From contig JASEFA010000004.1 of assembly GCA_030019365.1 (NCBI GenBank), positions 35,262-99,261 of the forward strand: DNA of 64,000 nt, written 5' to 3'. Shown piece after piece: positions 15,954 to 25,373 of the stretch (within the stretch, counting starts at the first letter, position 1; every line of letters starts with the position of its first letter). The notes below the pieces were generated by a model. The model saw only the letters and a list, made by a program, of their open reading frames with translations, ran no database searches and was not told the origin of the DNA. This DNA is from Bacillota bacterium. GTDB lineage: Bacteria > Bacillota > Sulfobacillia > JACIYH01. A program made the position numbers and the translations under genes.

Positions 15954-17039
15954 TTGGGCGGGGCGGGCCGGGTAGGGGTGGTCACCGATAGCTGCTCTGG
16001 TGTCTCTCCCGAGATGGCGCAGGCCCTGGGTATCGAGGTGGTTCCCCTCACGGTAATCTTCGGCGAGGAGGCCTTCCTGGACGGAGTGGATATCGATACT
16101 GCTGAGTTTTACGCGCGCATGGCGCGGGGGCCTGTGCTGCCGCGCACCTCGCAACCCTCGCCCGCCCGGTTCCTGGATGCCTTCTCGCGCCTAGCGGCTC
16201 AGGGGGCAAGCGGGGTGGTCGTGGTGACGGTGGCGGGTGCTCTGAGCGGTACTTACCAGTCGGCTTTGCGGGCAGCCGCGGACTTCTCCGGACTGCCGGT
16301 TGAGGTGGTGGATTCGGGCACCGCTTCGCTGGGGCAGATGTTCGCCGTGCTGGCGGCTGCCGAGGTTGCGCGCAAGGGGTCTGAAGTGGCGCAGGTGGTG
16401 CTCAGGGTGCGGGAAGTGGCGGGCAGGACTCGGCTGTATGGCGTGCTGGAAACCCTGGAGTACCTGCGGCTCGGGGGACGCATCGGTAGGGCCGCGGCGT
16501 GGACGGGCTCGCTCCTTCAGATCAAGCCCGTGCTGGCTCTTGGCAACGGGGACATCGTTCCGGTGGCCAGGCTGAGGACCAGGGCCCGGGCGGTGGAGTT
16601 CATGCTTTCCCGTGTGGAAGGGGACTTGCGTTCGGAGCCGGGTGGCACCTTGCGCATGGGTGTCGTGCACTCCGCCTGCCCTCGCGAGGCCGGTGAGCTG
16701 GCGGAAAAGGTAAGAGAGAGATTTGTGCCCGACGAACTGGTGGTATCGGAATTGACGCCGGTAATGGGTGCTCATGCCGGGCCGGGAGTGCTCGGGGTGG
16801 CCTTTTACCGCGACTGGTGCTGCGGGTCCGACTGGGAGTTACCGTCTGCCGGCGAGCGGCGGTGCCCTGCCGCGGTTCCCCAGGCGGGTGCCGGACGCGC
16901 CGTAACGCGGTGGCCCTGGGGCAGGCAGGAAAGTCCCTGTCGTTGGTCGAAGCAGTCGAATATAGGCATGGAAGCAACCGGGTCCGTTCGGGGCGTGGGT
17001 GCGGGGAGCTTGAGTAGGTGGCAGCGGGGGTGGGACTGA
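15954..17039 (+). CDS. DegV-family (fatty-acid-binding) protein; ORF reads ~75 codons past the expected DegV end
   Basis: VGVVTDSCSGVSPEMAQALGIEVVPLTVIF...GVAFYRD has DegV-like composition (established family features, recalled). The tail WCCGSDWELPSAGERRCPAA... is not DegV-like. Confidence 0.6.
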   Translation: MGGAGRVGVVTDSCSGVSPEMAQALGIEVVPLTVIFGEEAFLDGVDIDTAEFYARMARGPVLPRTSQPSPARFLDAFSRLAAQGASGVVVVTVAGALSGTYQSALRAAADFSGLPVEVVDSGTASLGQMFAVLAAAEVARKGSEVAQVVLRVREVAGRTRLYGVLETLEYLRLGGRIGRAAAWTGSLLQIKPVLALGNGDIVPVARLRTRARAVEFMLSRVEGDLRSEPGGTLRMGVVHSACPREAGELAEKVRERFVPDELVVSELTPVMGAHAGPGVLGVAFYRDWCCGSDWELPSAGERRCPAAVPQAGAGRAVTRWPWGRQESPCRWSKQSNIGMEATGSVRGVGAGSLSRWQRGWD

Positions 17040-17158
17040 AAATACGGCGCTGTGTTCGAAGGTGGGTGCAGAGGCCGTTTCCTGGTGAGAGTCGGCGGGC
17101 CGATTTGTGTCGGGAGGCGAACTGACCCGGAGACCTGCAAGTGCAAGGAGGTGCCAGG

Positions 17159-18916
17159 ATGCGCAAGCTGGTGAGGGTCAATATGACCCAGCGGACCGTG
17201 ACTCTGGAGGATTTGCCCGAGAAGTACCGGTTCATGGGTGGGCGCTGGCTGACGTCGGCCCTGGTGGCCGATGAGGTGCCTCCCACGTGCCATCCCCTGG
17301 GGCCCAATAACCGGCTGGTGGTGGCCCCCGGCATGGTGACGGGGACGGCGGCTCCCAGTTCGGGGCGTGTGTCGGTGGGAGGCAAGTCTCCGCTCACCGG
17401 CGGCGTCAAAGAGTCGAATGCGGGCACGCCCGTAGCGCAGAGCCTTTCCAGGCTGGGAATCGCGGCTGTGCTGGTAGAAGGACAGCCCCGGGAGAAGGGG
17501 GCATTGTTTGTCCTCAGGCTGGGCAAGGGCGGAGGGGTACTTGAGCCGGCGGGGGACCTGGCGGGCCTGGGCATGTACGAGTTTGCTTCGCGTGTGCGGC
17601 AACGGTTTGGGGAGGTGGGCTTCATCGCCACCGGGCCAGCGGGTGAAAAGGGTATGGCCATGGCGGGGGTATGCTTCAACGACACCGAGTTTCGGCCGTC
17701 CCGCTATGCGGGCCGGGGCGGGCTGGGTGCCGTCATGGCGGCAAGGGGCCTGAAGGCCATCCTGGTGGACGATCAAGGTGCGCCGGGCGTTTCGCTTGCT
17801 AACCCGGATCTGTTCCGCCAGGGCCAGAGGAAACTCGCCGACGCCCTGCGCGAGCACCCCATCACCCGCCCGGGCGGCACTCTCAACTCCTTCGGCACGG
17901 CTGCCCTCATCAACGTGCTGAACGAGGCAGGAGGTCTGCCCACCCGGAACTTCAGTTCCGGCCGGTTCGAAGGAGCTGGGAGAATTGCCGGTGAGACCAT
18001 CGCGGAAACGGTGAAGGCGCGGGGCGGGCAGGGCAGGATGGGGCACGGTTGCCACCCAGGGTGCGTGATCCAGTGCAGCAACATCTGGGCAAGGCCGGAC
18101 GGGTCGGAGCACGTTTCCTGCCTGGAGTACGAATCGGTGTGGGCGCTGGGCGCCGATTGTGGTATAGACGACCTGGACGCCATAGCCGAGCTCATCTGGA
18201 TCTGCAACGATAGCGGCCTTGACACCATCGAAGCGGGAGTCACGCTGGGGGTGGCCATGGAAGCGGGTCTGCTGCCTTTCGGCGATGCCAGGACGGCTGT
18301 GGAGTTACTGAAGGAATGCGGCCGGGGGACGCCGCTGGGGCGCATCCTGGGTAACGGAGCGGCCTTTGCGGGTCGGGGGTTCGGGGTCACCCGGGTGCCT
18401 GTGGTGAAGGGTCAGGGGATGCCGGCGTACGAACCCCGTGCGGTGAAGGGGATTGGCGTCACCTACATGACTTCCCCCATGGGCGCGGACCACACTGCCG
18501 GCTACACCGTGGCCCCTGAGATTCTCTCGGTGGGAGGCAAGGCAGACCCGCTGGCCGCCGGGGGCAAGGCCAAGCTTTCTGCCGATCTGCAGGCTGCCAC
18601 CGCGTTCATCGACAGTACCGGATACTGCCTCTTCATCGCCTTTGCCGTCATGGACATTCCCAGCGGGTTCGAGGGCATGGTGGAGACCTGCAACGGCGTC
18701 CTGGGTACAGAGTGGACTGTGGCAGATGTGGCGGCCATTGGTGCCCGGATAGTGGCCATGGAACGGCGCTTCAACGAGGCGGCAGGGATTACCCGGGCCC
18801 AGGATCGCCCGCCTGAGTTCATGCGCTATGAACCCCTCCCGCCTCATAACCAGGTGTTCGATGTCTCCGACGAAGAGTTGGACCAGGTGGGAGTTCTGCT
18901 CGGGCAGGACAGGTGA
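17159..18916 (+). CDS. aor: Aldehyde:ferredoxin oxidoreductase family (tungsten-containing AOR)
   Basis: 585-aa protein with characteristic AOR N-terminal (MRKLVRVNMTQRTVTLEDLPEKYRFMGGRWLTSALV) and central/C-terminal regions. ATG 17159 is preceded by AAGGAGGTG at 6 nt. Confidence 0.8.
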   Translation: MRKLVRVNMTQRTVTLEDLPEKYRFMGGRWLTSALVADEVPPTCHPLGPNNRLVVAPGMVTGTAAPSSGRVSVGGKSPLTGGVKESNAGTPVAQSLSRLGIAAVLVEGQPREKGALFVLRLGKGGGVLEPAGDLAGLGMYEFASRVRQRFGEVGFIATGPAGEKGMAMAGVCFNDTEFRPSRYAGRGGLGAVMAARGLKAILVDDQGAPGVSLANPDLFRQGQRKLADALREHPITRPGGTLNSFGTAALINVLNEAGGLPTRNFSSGRFEGAGRIAGETIAETVKARGGQGRMGHGCHPGCVIQCSNIWARPDGSEHVSCLEYESVWALGADCGIDDLDAIAELIWICNDSGLDTIEAGVTLGVAMEAGLLPFGDARTAVELLKECGRGTPLGRILGNGAAFAGRGFGVTRVPVVKGQGMPAYEPRAVKGIGVTYMTSPMGADHTAGYTVAPEILSVGGKADPLAAGGKAKLSADLQAATAFIDSTGYCLFIAFAVMDIPSGFEGMVETCNGVLGTEWTVADVAAIGARIVAMERRFNEAAGITRAQDRPPEFMRYEPLPPHNQVFDVSDEELDQVGVLLGQDR

Positions 18917-18960
18917 GCCGGTCGCCTGGTGGGGTACGCCGAACAGGATGAAGCGGGTGG

Positions 18961-18985
18961 GGGGTTGCCGCTTAAGCGCAACCCC
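18961..18985 (+). terminator. GC-rich hairpin GGGGTTGC-cgcttaagc-GCAACCCC downstream of aor (no U-tract)
   Basis: Perfect 8-bp inverted repeat seen 45 nt after the aor stop. The loop itself is palindromic (GCTTAAGC). Confidence 0.35.
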
Positions 18986-19005
18986 CCACCTCGGAGGGAT
19001 TGGCT

Positions 19006-19437
19006 ATGCCGCTGGTGAGGGTGCGGCTATATGCTTCCTTGAGGGAATACGCCCCGGAGGGTTTCCGGAGCGAGGGCTTCACCGTGCAGCTTCCCCCGGC
19101 GAGCACTGTGGCTGACCTTTACGCGCGGCTGGGCCTGCCTGAGGAACAGGTCAAGCAGGCGTTCGTGAACGGCAGGCGGGCGGAACCCGACAGGGTGCTG
19201 GAGGACGGGGATGAGGTGGGGGTGTTTCCACCCATCGCCGGGGGAAGCGGGGAGGAGCGGAGCTGGCGTGCTCGCCGAGCGGGTGTACAGGGAGGATATC
19301 GAAGGGGGAGTCCTGCTTCACCGCGCACGCCCGGATCTGCGCAGGCTGTACGTGGAGTTGACCAGCCGGTGCCGGGGCGGATGCGTAGCATGTGTGAGGA
19401 GATCGTGGGACGAGCCCGTGGGGGATATGTCCGTTGA
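19006..19437 (+). CDS. MoaD/ThiS-like sulfur carrier (AOR-associated) whose Gly-Gly is not followed by a stop
   Basis: MPLVRVRLYASLREYAPEGF...EDGDEVGVFPPIAGG is a MoaD-type beta-grasp ending in GG at ~19248, but the frame stays open to 19437. RBS GGAGGGA is 7 nt before ATG 19006. Confidence 0.5.
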   Translation: MPLVRVRLYASLREYAPEGFRSEGFTVQLPPASTVADLYARLGLPEEQVKQAFVNGRRAEPDRVLEDGDEVGVFPPIAGGSGEERSWRARRAGVQGGYRRGSPASPRTPGSAQAVRGVDQPVPGRMRSMCEEIVGRARGGYVR

Positions 19438-20410
19438 CCTGTTGCGCGAGGTCATTGCCGGGGCGGTCCGCGAGTCCCAGCTGGAACGGGTCCACTTCGG
19501 GGGCATCGGTGAGCCCTTCCTCCACCCGGGCGTCATGGAAGCCATTGCTCTCGTCAAAGGGGCAGGGTTGAAGGTCACCATCTCCACGAACGGATCTGAT
19601 CTCAGGACGCTGGCGGGAGAGCTCGTCGCCATGCAGGTGGACGAGCTGGTCGTGTCCTGCGACAGCCCGGACCCCGGCCGGTACGGAGAGATCCGCGGCT
19701 CCTCGTTAGCTGCCTTGGAAGAAGGACTGGAGGCGCTGGGCCGGGCCAAGGCGCGAGCCGGCAGTGTTCTTCCTCGCCTGGTGCTGGAGTTTGTGGCCAT
19801 GCGCGGCAACCTGGCGGACCTGCGTGACATGCCCCGCTTCGCGAGGCGCTGGGGAGCGGCGTCCCTGCTGGTGACCAACCTGCTTCCTTACACTCGTGCC
19901 ATGGCCGGCGAGATTCTCTACACCGGTCCGAACGCACCCATGCGCCCCGCGGAAAGCGGCAGTCTGCGGCCTGATGCCTCCGCCCTGGTGTGGGCGGCTG
20001 CGGCCAGAGAGTGGTTCACCTGGGGCACGGTCGACCTTCCCCGCATGGCGTGGGGCGCGGCCCGCCGCTGCCGTTTCGTGGGGACTCAGGCGGCGGTGGT
20101 GGGCTGGGATGGCAAGGTGAGCTCGTGCATTCCCCTCTCGCACAATTACACCTTTTTCATCTTCGGCCAGCCCAAGTGTGTGCGGCGTTACACCCTGGGG
20201 GAGCTCGGGAGTCAGGATCTCTTGGCCATCTGGATGTCGGAAGAGTATGTGAAGTTCAGAAGCAGGGTGCGCCGTTACGATTTCCCCTCGTGCGTTGACT
20301 GTGCGCTGGGCGAGACCTGCGACTACCGGTCGGAGAACAGGGACTGCTGGGGAGGAGACCCTTCCTGCGCCGATTGCCTTTGGGCGCAGGACATCATCCG
20401 CTGTCCCTGA
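19211..20410 (+). CDS. Radical SAM/SPASM enzyme of the kind found with tungsten AOR genes (putative tungsten-cofactor oxidoreductase maturase); true start probably GTG ~19268
   Basis: YVELTSRCRGGCVACV holds CxxxCxxC. The C-terminus has multiple CxxC-type clusters (CIPLSH, CVDCALGETCDY, CADCLW). The conserved AOR / MoaD / radical SAM neighbourhood is established knowledge. Confidence 0.6.
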   Translation: MRWGCFHPSPGEAGRSGAGVLAERVYREDIEGGVLLHRARPDLRRLYVELTSRCRGGCVACVRRSWDEPVGDMSVDLLREVIAGAVRESQLERVHFGGIGEPFLHPGVMEAIALVKGAGLKVTISTNGSDLRTLAGELVAMQVDELVVSCDSPDPGRYGEIRGSSLAALEEGLEALGRAKARAGSVLPRLVLEFVAMRGNLADLRDMPRFARRWGAASLLVTNLLPYTRAMAGEILYTGPNAPMRPAESGSLRPDASALVWAAAAREWFTWGTVDLPRMAWGAARRCRFVGTQAAVVGWDGKVSSCIPLSHNYTFFIFGQPKCVRRYTLGELGSQDLLAIWMSEEYVKFRSRVRRYDFPSCVDCALGETCDYRSENRDCWGGDPSCADCLWAQDIIRCP

Positions 20411-20491
20411 GCCCTGGCCTCGGCGCCCCACGGAGGCAGGACCACAGACCACAGGGCAGCGCAGGGGAGAGTTGGGGCGGGAGGGAAAGCA

Positions 20492-21262
20492 GTGCACCCC
20501 ATAGCGTTTCGCGTAGGCGGCTTCGAGGTGTACACGTGGGGGATCCTGTTCGCGGCGGGCGTGCTGATCGGGGTCCTGGTGGCGGAGCGCAACGCCCGGC
20601 GCTTTGGTATGGCCCCGTACCTCTACCTGGAAGGTATCCCTTATGTGATCGTGGGGGCGATGGTGGGGGCGCGGCTGCTTTATGTGGCGGCGGAGTGGTC
20701 GTGGTACGCTGCCGACCCGCGGCGGCTGCTGTATTTTCGGGAGGGCGGGCTTTCCCTGTATGGGGGGCTTGCCGGCGGAGTGCTGGCGGCCTGGCTCGTC
20801 GCGCGGGCCCGAAAGGTGGGTGTGGCCCCGTACCTGGATGGGGGGAGCCCGGGCATCGCGCTGGCGACGGCCGTCAGCCGGGTGGGGTGCTTTCTGAATG
20901 GCTGCTGCTGGGGGGTCCTGACGGGTGGGACGTGGGGTGCAAGGACCCGGTTTGCTCCCGGTCTTCGCCACCCCGCTCAGCTGTATGAGGCGGCGCTGGA
21001 CCTGGCCCTGTTCGCCGTGTTGTGGATGCTGGGGCCCCGGCTGGCGCGGCTGAAGGGCCATGTGTTCCTGGCGTATCTGGGTGGCTATTCGCTGATCCGC
21101 TTTGGAGTCGAGTTTGTCAGGGATGTGCCGCACATCGCGGGGTGGCTGACGGTGACGCAGCCGCTGGCGCTGGTTGTGGCCCTGGCGAGCTTTGGTCTGA
21201 TGTGGTGGGGGAGGAAGAGGCAGCTTGATAGTTGCTGCTGGAAGGAGCCCGGCTCTGGGTAG
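20492..21262 (+). CDS. lgt: Prolipoprotein diacylglyceryl transferase
   Basis: VHPIAFRVGGFEVYTWGILFA... and SRVGCFLNGCCWG match the Lgt signature region. ~7 TM segments. Paralog at 51424. Confidence 0.8.
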   Translation: MHPIAFRVGGFEVYTWGILFAAGVLIGVLVAERNARRFGMAPYLYLEGIPYVIVGAMVGARLLYVAAEWSWYAADPRRLLYFREGGLSLYGGLAGGVLAAWLVARARKVGVAPYLDGGSPGIALATAVSRVGCFLNGCCWGVLTGGTWGARTRFAPGLRHPAQLYEAALDLALFAVLWMLGPRLARLKGHVFLAYLGGYSLIRFGVEFVRDVPHIAGWLTVTQPLALVVALASFGLMWWGRKRQLDSCCWKEPGSG

Positions 21263-21306
21263 CGGTGGTTGCTGGGGGAGACGCCTTGAATGAGGGGGTT
21301 GCCAGG

Positions 21307-22266
21307 ATGTCCGGCCCGTGCCGACGTGACTTTGATCCCACCTCCCTGTTCCGGAGGTACGAGGGGAACCCCATTCTGACCCGGGAAGACTGGCCCTATC
21401 CGGCAAATGCGGTCTTCAACCCGGGTGCCGTGGAGTGTGGTGGCCAGACAGTCCTCCTGGCCCGGGTCGAAGACATGAGGGGCTATTCGCACCTCACCGT
21501 TGCCAGGAGCCCGGACGGGAGGTCTGGCTGGGAGGTGTCCTCGCGGCCGGCCCTTGAGCCGGACCCCTCCTGCCTGGAGGAGCGCTGGGGCATTGAGGAC
21601 CCGCGGATAGTGTGGGTGGAGGAGCTGGGGGAGTATGCGGTGACCTGCGTGACCTTCTCCAGGGGAGGTCCCGTGGTCTCGTTGTACACCACCAGGGACT
21701 TTGTGGAGTTCAGGCGCCACGGGCCGCTTCTGCCGCCGGAGGACAAGGATGCCTCCCTCTTCCCGAGGCGGGTTGGCGGCCGGTTTGTGCTGATGCACCG
21801 GCCCATCATCAGGGGCGAAGCCCACATCTGGATGGCGTTTTCTCCCGATCTCAAGCACTGGGGGGACCACAGGATGGTGATACCCGCCAGGCCGGGTTCC
21901 TGGGACAGCTCGAGGGTGGGCCTGGGACCTCCTCCCATAGAAACGCCCCAGGGCTGGCTCGTGATGTACCACGGGGTGCGGGTGACGGCATCAGGCAGCC
22001 TTTACCGGGTAGGTCTTGCCCTGCTGGATCTGGACGAGCCCTGGAGGGTCATCCGGAGGAGCGAGGAGTGGGTATTCGGCCCCCGTTACAGGTATGAGCA
22101 CGTGGGGGACGTGCCGGGCGTGACTTTCCCGACGGGGGCGATCGTTGACCAGAGCACGGGGGAACTGAGGATATATTACGGCGCGGCCGACACGGCCATA
22201 TGTCTGGCCTTTGCTCACAAAGACGAGGTGCTCGAGTACATGAGTAGGTGTCGGTCCCCCGAGTAG
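21307..22266 (+). CDS. GH130-family glycoside phosphorylase-like protein (DUF377)
   Basis: MSGPCRRDFDPTSLFRRYEGNPILTREDWPYPANAVFNPGAV...IEDPRIVW...YYGAADTAICLA resembles the beta-propeller GH130 pattern (recalled). Confidence 0.65.
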   Translation: MSGPCRRDFDPTSLFRRYEGNPILTREDWPYPANAVFNPGAVECGGQTVLLARVEDMRGYSHLTVARSPDGRSGWEVSSRPALEPDPSCLEERWGIEDPRIVWVEELGEYAVTCVTFSRGGPVVSLYTTRDFVEFRRHGPLLPPEDKDASLFPRRVGGRFVLMHRPIIRGEAHIWMAFSPDLKHWGDHRMVIPARPGSWDSSRVGLGPPPIETPQGWLVMYHGVRVTASGSLYRVGLALLDLDEPWRVIRRSEEWVFGPRYRYEHVGDVPGVTFPTGAIVDQSTGELRIYYGAADTAICLAFAHKDEVLEYMSRCRSPE

Positions 22267-22313
22267 ACGGAGCGGTCGGGCCAGCAGGCAGGGCCGAGCG
22301 AGGAGGTGGGGCC

Positions 22314-24632
22314 ATGACCAGAGTTCCCAGGGTGGCCATCGTGTCTACCTATCCCCCGCGTCAGTGCGGTCTGGCCGTGTTCTCCCAGAACCTGTTCAAC
22401 AGCCTGAGAGCCCTGGGCGAGTTCGGGGAGGACCGCGAGGCGAACAACGCGCGCTTACAGGTAGTAGCCATGGAGCCCGGCCAGTACCACGGGGACTACC
22501 CTCCGGAGGTGCGCCTCCAGATCAGAGCGCACCGGTGGACCGACTACCGCGAGGCGGCCGAGTTCCTGAACCTGTCTTCTGTGGATGTGGTTTCCCTCCA
22601 GCATGAGTATGGCATCTTCGGGGGGGAGGACGGAAACCTTGTCCTCCACCTTCTGAAAGGCATGAAGAAGCCGGTGGTGACCACCCTTCACACGGTGCTG
22701 GAGCGCCCCACCCCGGGCCAACGCGCCACCCTGAAAGCCGTGTGCGCCCTCTCCACTGCGGTGGTGGCGCAGGCCGGGAAGGCCGTCGACATGCTGGTGG
22801 ACGTGTTCGACGTGCCCAGAGGAAAGATCGTTATGATCCCCCACGGCGCCCCGGACGTACCGTTCCTGGACCCTGCCTTCTACAAGAAGTCCAGCGGAAC
22901 CGAAGGCCGGCGCGTCTTGCTCACCTTCGGGCTGATGAGCCCCAACAAGGGGATCGAGTATGCCATAGAGGCCGTGGCCCGCCTGGTTGAGGAGTTCCCC
23001 GATCTGCTCTACGTCGTGCTGGGGGTCACCCACCCTGAGGTCAAGAAGCGCCACGGCGAGAGCTACCGCCTTTCCCTCGAGCGGCTGGTAAAAGAGAGAG
23101 GTCTCCAGGACAACGTGATGTTCCACAATCGCTTTGTATCCGAGCAACAGCTCCTGGAGTTTTTGGTGTCTGCCGACATCCACCTTACTCCCTACCTGGC
23201 CGAGGAGCAGATCGTTTCGGGCACCCTGGCCTATGCGGTGGCCTGCGGGAAAGCCGTTGTCTCCACCCCTTACTGGTACGCCCGGGAGGTCCTGGCGGAG
23301 GGCCGGGGAGTGCTGGTCCCCTTTCGGGACTCCGCCGCCATGGCGGACGGTTTAAGGGCGCTCCTCGCGGACCAGGTGCTACGGGATGGCATGCGCAGCA
23401 ATGCCTACGCCTTCGGCCGCAGGATGACCTGGCCCGTCGTGGCCCGGTCGTACATGGAGGTGTTCGTGGACGCCTTCCGAGCATACGGCCCTCAGGCGGC
23501 CGAGGCCCGCCGGTGGGCGAAGGCGACGGATCACCCTGCCCTGCCCGAAGTGAACCTGGGACATCTGAGGACCCTCACCGACGACGTGGGTCTCTTACAG
23601 CACGCCTGCCACTCGACGCCCAACCGGTTCCACGGCTACTCCACGGACGACAATGCCCGGGCTTTGCTGGTGGCCTGCATGAACTGGCAACTTGTGGCCG
23701 ATGAGAGTATCTGGCCGCTCGTTCATACGTACATGGCCTTCGTGAACCACGCGGTCGACCCTGAGACGGGCAGGGTCAGGAACTTCATGTCGTATGACCG
23801 CAGGTGGCTGGAGGAGGCAGGTTCCGACGATTGCCACGGGCGGACCCTCTGGGCCCTGGGCTACTGCGTGAACTACCTGCGCGTGGAGCCTTTGTTCAGG
23901 CTGGCACTGGGGCTCTTCAACCGCGTTCGCTCACCCGCGGCTGCCATCAGGTCACCCCGGGCCTCGGCCTACGTCGTCCTCGGTTGCGTCGAATATCTCC
24001 GGCACTTCGCTGGCGACACCGAAACCTGGACCCTGGCGGCCCACCAGGCCTCGTGGCTGGCGCAGCTCCTGAGGGAGAACTCCACCGCCGACTGGATCTG
24101 GTTCGAGGACGTGGTAACGTACGACAACGGGCGTCTTCCCCAAGCGTTGATCGCGGCGGGTTCATACCTGAGGGACGATAGCCTGCTGACGGGCGGGCTC
24201 AGGGCGCTGGACTGGCTCCTGGACCTTCAGACGGACCCGGAGGACGGCCACATCTCCCTGGTGGGGACAGACGGATGGTACCGCAGGGGGCGGCAGCGTG
24301 CCCGGTTCGACCAGCAGCCTGTCGAGATACCTGCCCTGATGGACGCCTGCTACGAAGCTCTTAGGGCCACCGGGGAGAAGCGCTGGCTGGCGGCCATGGA
24401 GAGATGCTTCTCGTGGTTTCTGGGGAGCAACGACGTCCACAGTACCCTGTGTGATCTCAGCACGGGCGGTTGCTTTGATGGCATCCACCACATGGGGGTC
24501 AATCAGAACCAGGGAGGGGAAGCTGTCGTCTCGTGGCTGATGTCCCTTCACCGCATGCACCTTGCCTGCAACGAGCAGACTGTGAAGGCCCCGGCCGGCG
24601 GGGACGATGAAGCTGCCTCTACCACTCCCTGA
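22314..24632 (+). CDS. Two-domain glycosyltransferase: N-terminal GT4-family (GT-B) domain plus ~390-aa C-terminal alpha-helical domain of unknown function
   Basis: N-terminus VAIVSTYPPRQCGLAVFSQNL...GAPDVPF...RRVLLTFGLMSPNKGIEYAIEA...EQIVSGTLAYAVACGKAVVSTPYWYAREVL is GT4-like. The C-terminal half is conserved-looking but unassigned. GGAGG lies 7 nt before ATG 22314. Confidence 0.65.
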   Translation: MTRVPRVAIVSTYPPRQCGLAVFSQNLFNSLRALGEFGEDREANNARLQVVAMEPGQYHGDYPPEVRLQIRAHRWTDYREAAEFLNLSSVDVVSLQHEYGIFGGEDGNLVLHLLKGMKKPVVTTLHTVLERPTPGQRATLKAVCALSTAVVAQAGKAVDMLVDVFDVPRGKIVMIPHGAPDVPFLDPAFYKKSSGTEGRRVLLTFGLMSPNKGIEYAIEAVARLVEEFPDLLYVVLGVTHPEVKKRHGESYRLSLERLVKERGLQDNVMFHNRFVSEQQLLEFLVSADIHLTPYLAEEQIVSGTLAYAVACGKAVVSTPYWYAREVLAEGRGVLVPFRDSAAMADGLRALLADQVLRDGMRSNAYAFGRRMTWPVVARSYMEVFVDAFRAYGPQAAEARRWAKATDHPALPEVNLGHLRTLTDDVGLLQHACHSTPNRFHGYSTDDNARALLVACMNWQLVADESIWPLVHTYMAFVNHAVDPETGRVRNFMSYDRRWLEEAGSDDCHGRTLWALGYCVNYLRVEPLFRLALGLFNRVRSPAAAIRSPRASAYVVLGCVEYLRHFAGDTETWTLAAHQASWLAQLLRENSTADWIWFEDVVTYDNGRLPQALIAAGSYLRDDSLLTGGLRALDWLLDLQTDPEDGHISLVGTDGWYRRGRQRARFDQQPVEIPALMDACYEALRATGEKRWLAAMERCFSWFLGSNDVHSTLCDLSTGGCFDGIHHMGVNQNQGGEAVVSWLMSLHRMHLACNEQTVKAPAGGDDEAASTTP

Positions 24633-24732
24633 AGGATCGGGATTTCATGAACCTGTCGGGTTCCGCTGATCACCTCCTCCGGTCCCGCCCGGAGGGCTGA
24701 AGCCGCATGGCCAAGCCAGGAGTGGTTGGGGG

Positions 24733-25125
24733 GTGTCCCTGCCGGGCACGGCTTTATTGCCCGGGGAGCCGCACGCGCCGGCCTGTGACATGATCCGGGC
24801 GGGGGTGGCGGTGGCCCTGGCCACGGACTTCAACCCCGGCACCTGTCCCATCTCGTCCTTGCCTCTGGTCATGGGGCTGGCGTGTGCGGGGATGCGGATG
24901 GAGCCGGAGGAGGTTGTGGTGGCGGCGACTGTCAACGCCGCCCACGCGGCGGGTCGGGGTGAAGAGCTGGGCAGCCTGGAGGAGGGGAAGCAGGCGGACG
25001 TGGTGGTCTTTGCTGTGCCCGGCTACGGGCACGTTCCCTCCCGTATGGGAGGCGCCCCTGTCAGTCGGGTGGTGAAGCGGGGGAAGGTAGTGGTGGGGCG
25101 GGGCCGGCTGGTCGACGAGCGGTAA
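24733..25125 (+). pseudogene. 3' fragment of an amidohydrolase-family gene (imidazolonepropionase-like C-terminus)
   Basis: ...AVALATDFNPGTCPISS...GSLEEGKQADVVVFAV... is the C-terminal 130 aa of a ~400-aa metal-dependent amidohydrolase. The N-terminal ~270 aa are absent, and the glycosyltransferase gene ends 100 nt upstream. Confidence 0.5.
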
Positions 25126-25373
25126 GGTTTTGCCGGCCGAGGCCAAAGACGTAACTCGGCTTGACACGTGGACAGCCATCGCAGAACGGGGCGTTGATGG
25201 TACAATCGGTGCAAAGGTGCCGGTGCGGGAGGTCGGTGGTTCACTGGTGCCGTGAGCCCGAGGGTGGAGTCTGACCGGAGCGCCCCCTGGGAGGCACCGA
25301 CTGTGCCCGTGAGCACGCAAGGGAGAATCCAAGGGCTCCGGGGCGCTCCGCCGGCTCGAGGAGGGCGTTAGAG

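Noticed and set aside
16600-18112. Long minus-strand ORFs (361 aa and 435 aa)
   Set aside because: Antisense to the DegV and AOR genes. No recognisable motifs.
22455-23183. 242-aa minus-strand ORF
   Set aside because: Antisense to the GT4 glycosyltransferase gene. No support.
25126-25373. Possible TTGACA promoter and structured RNA upstream of the IS110 remnant
   Set aside because: No properly spaced -10 partner for the TTGACA. The hairpins are generic GC-rich sequence. It is likely decayed IS110 leader sequence.
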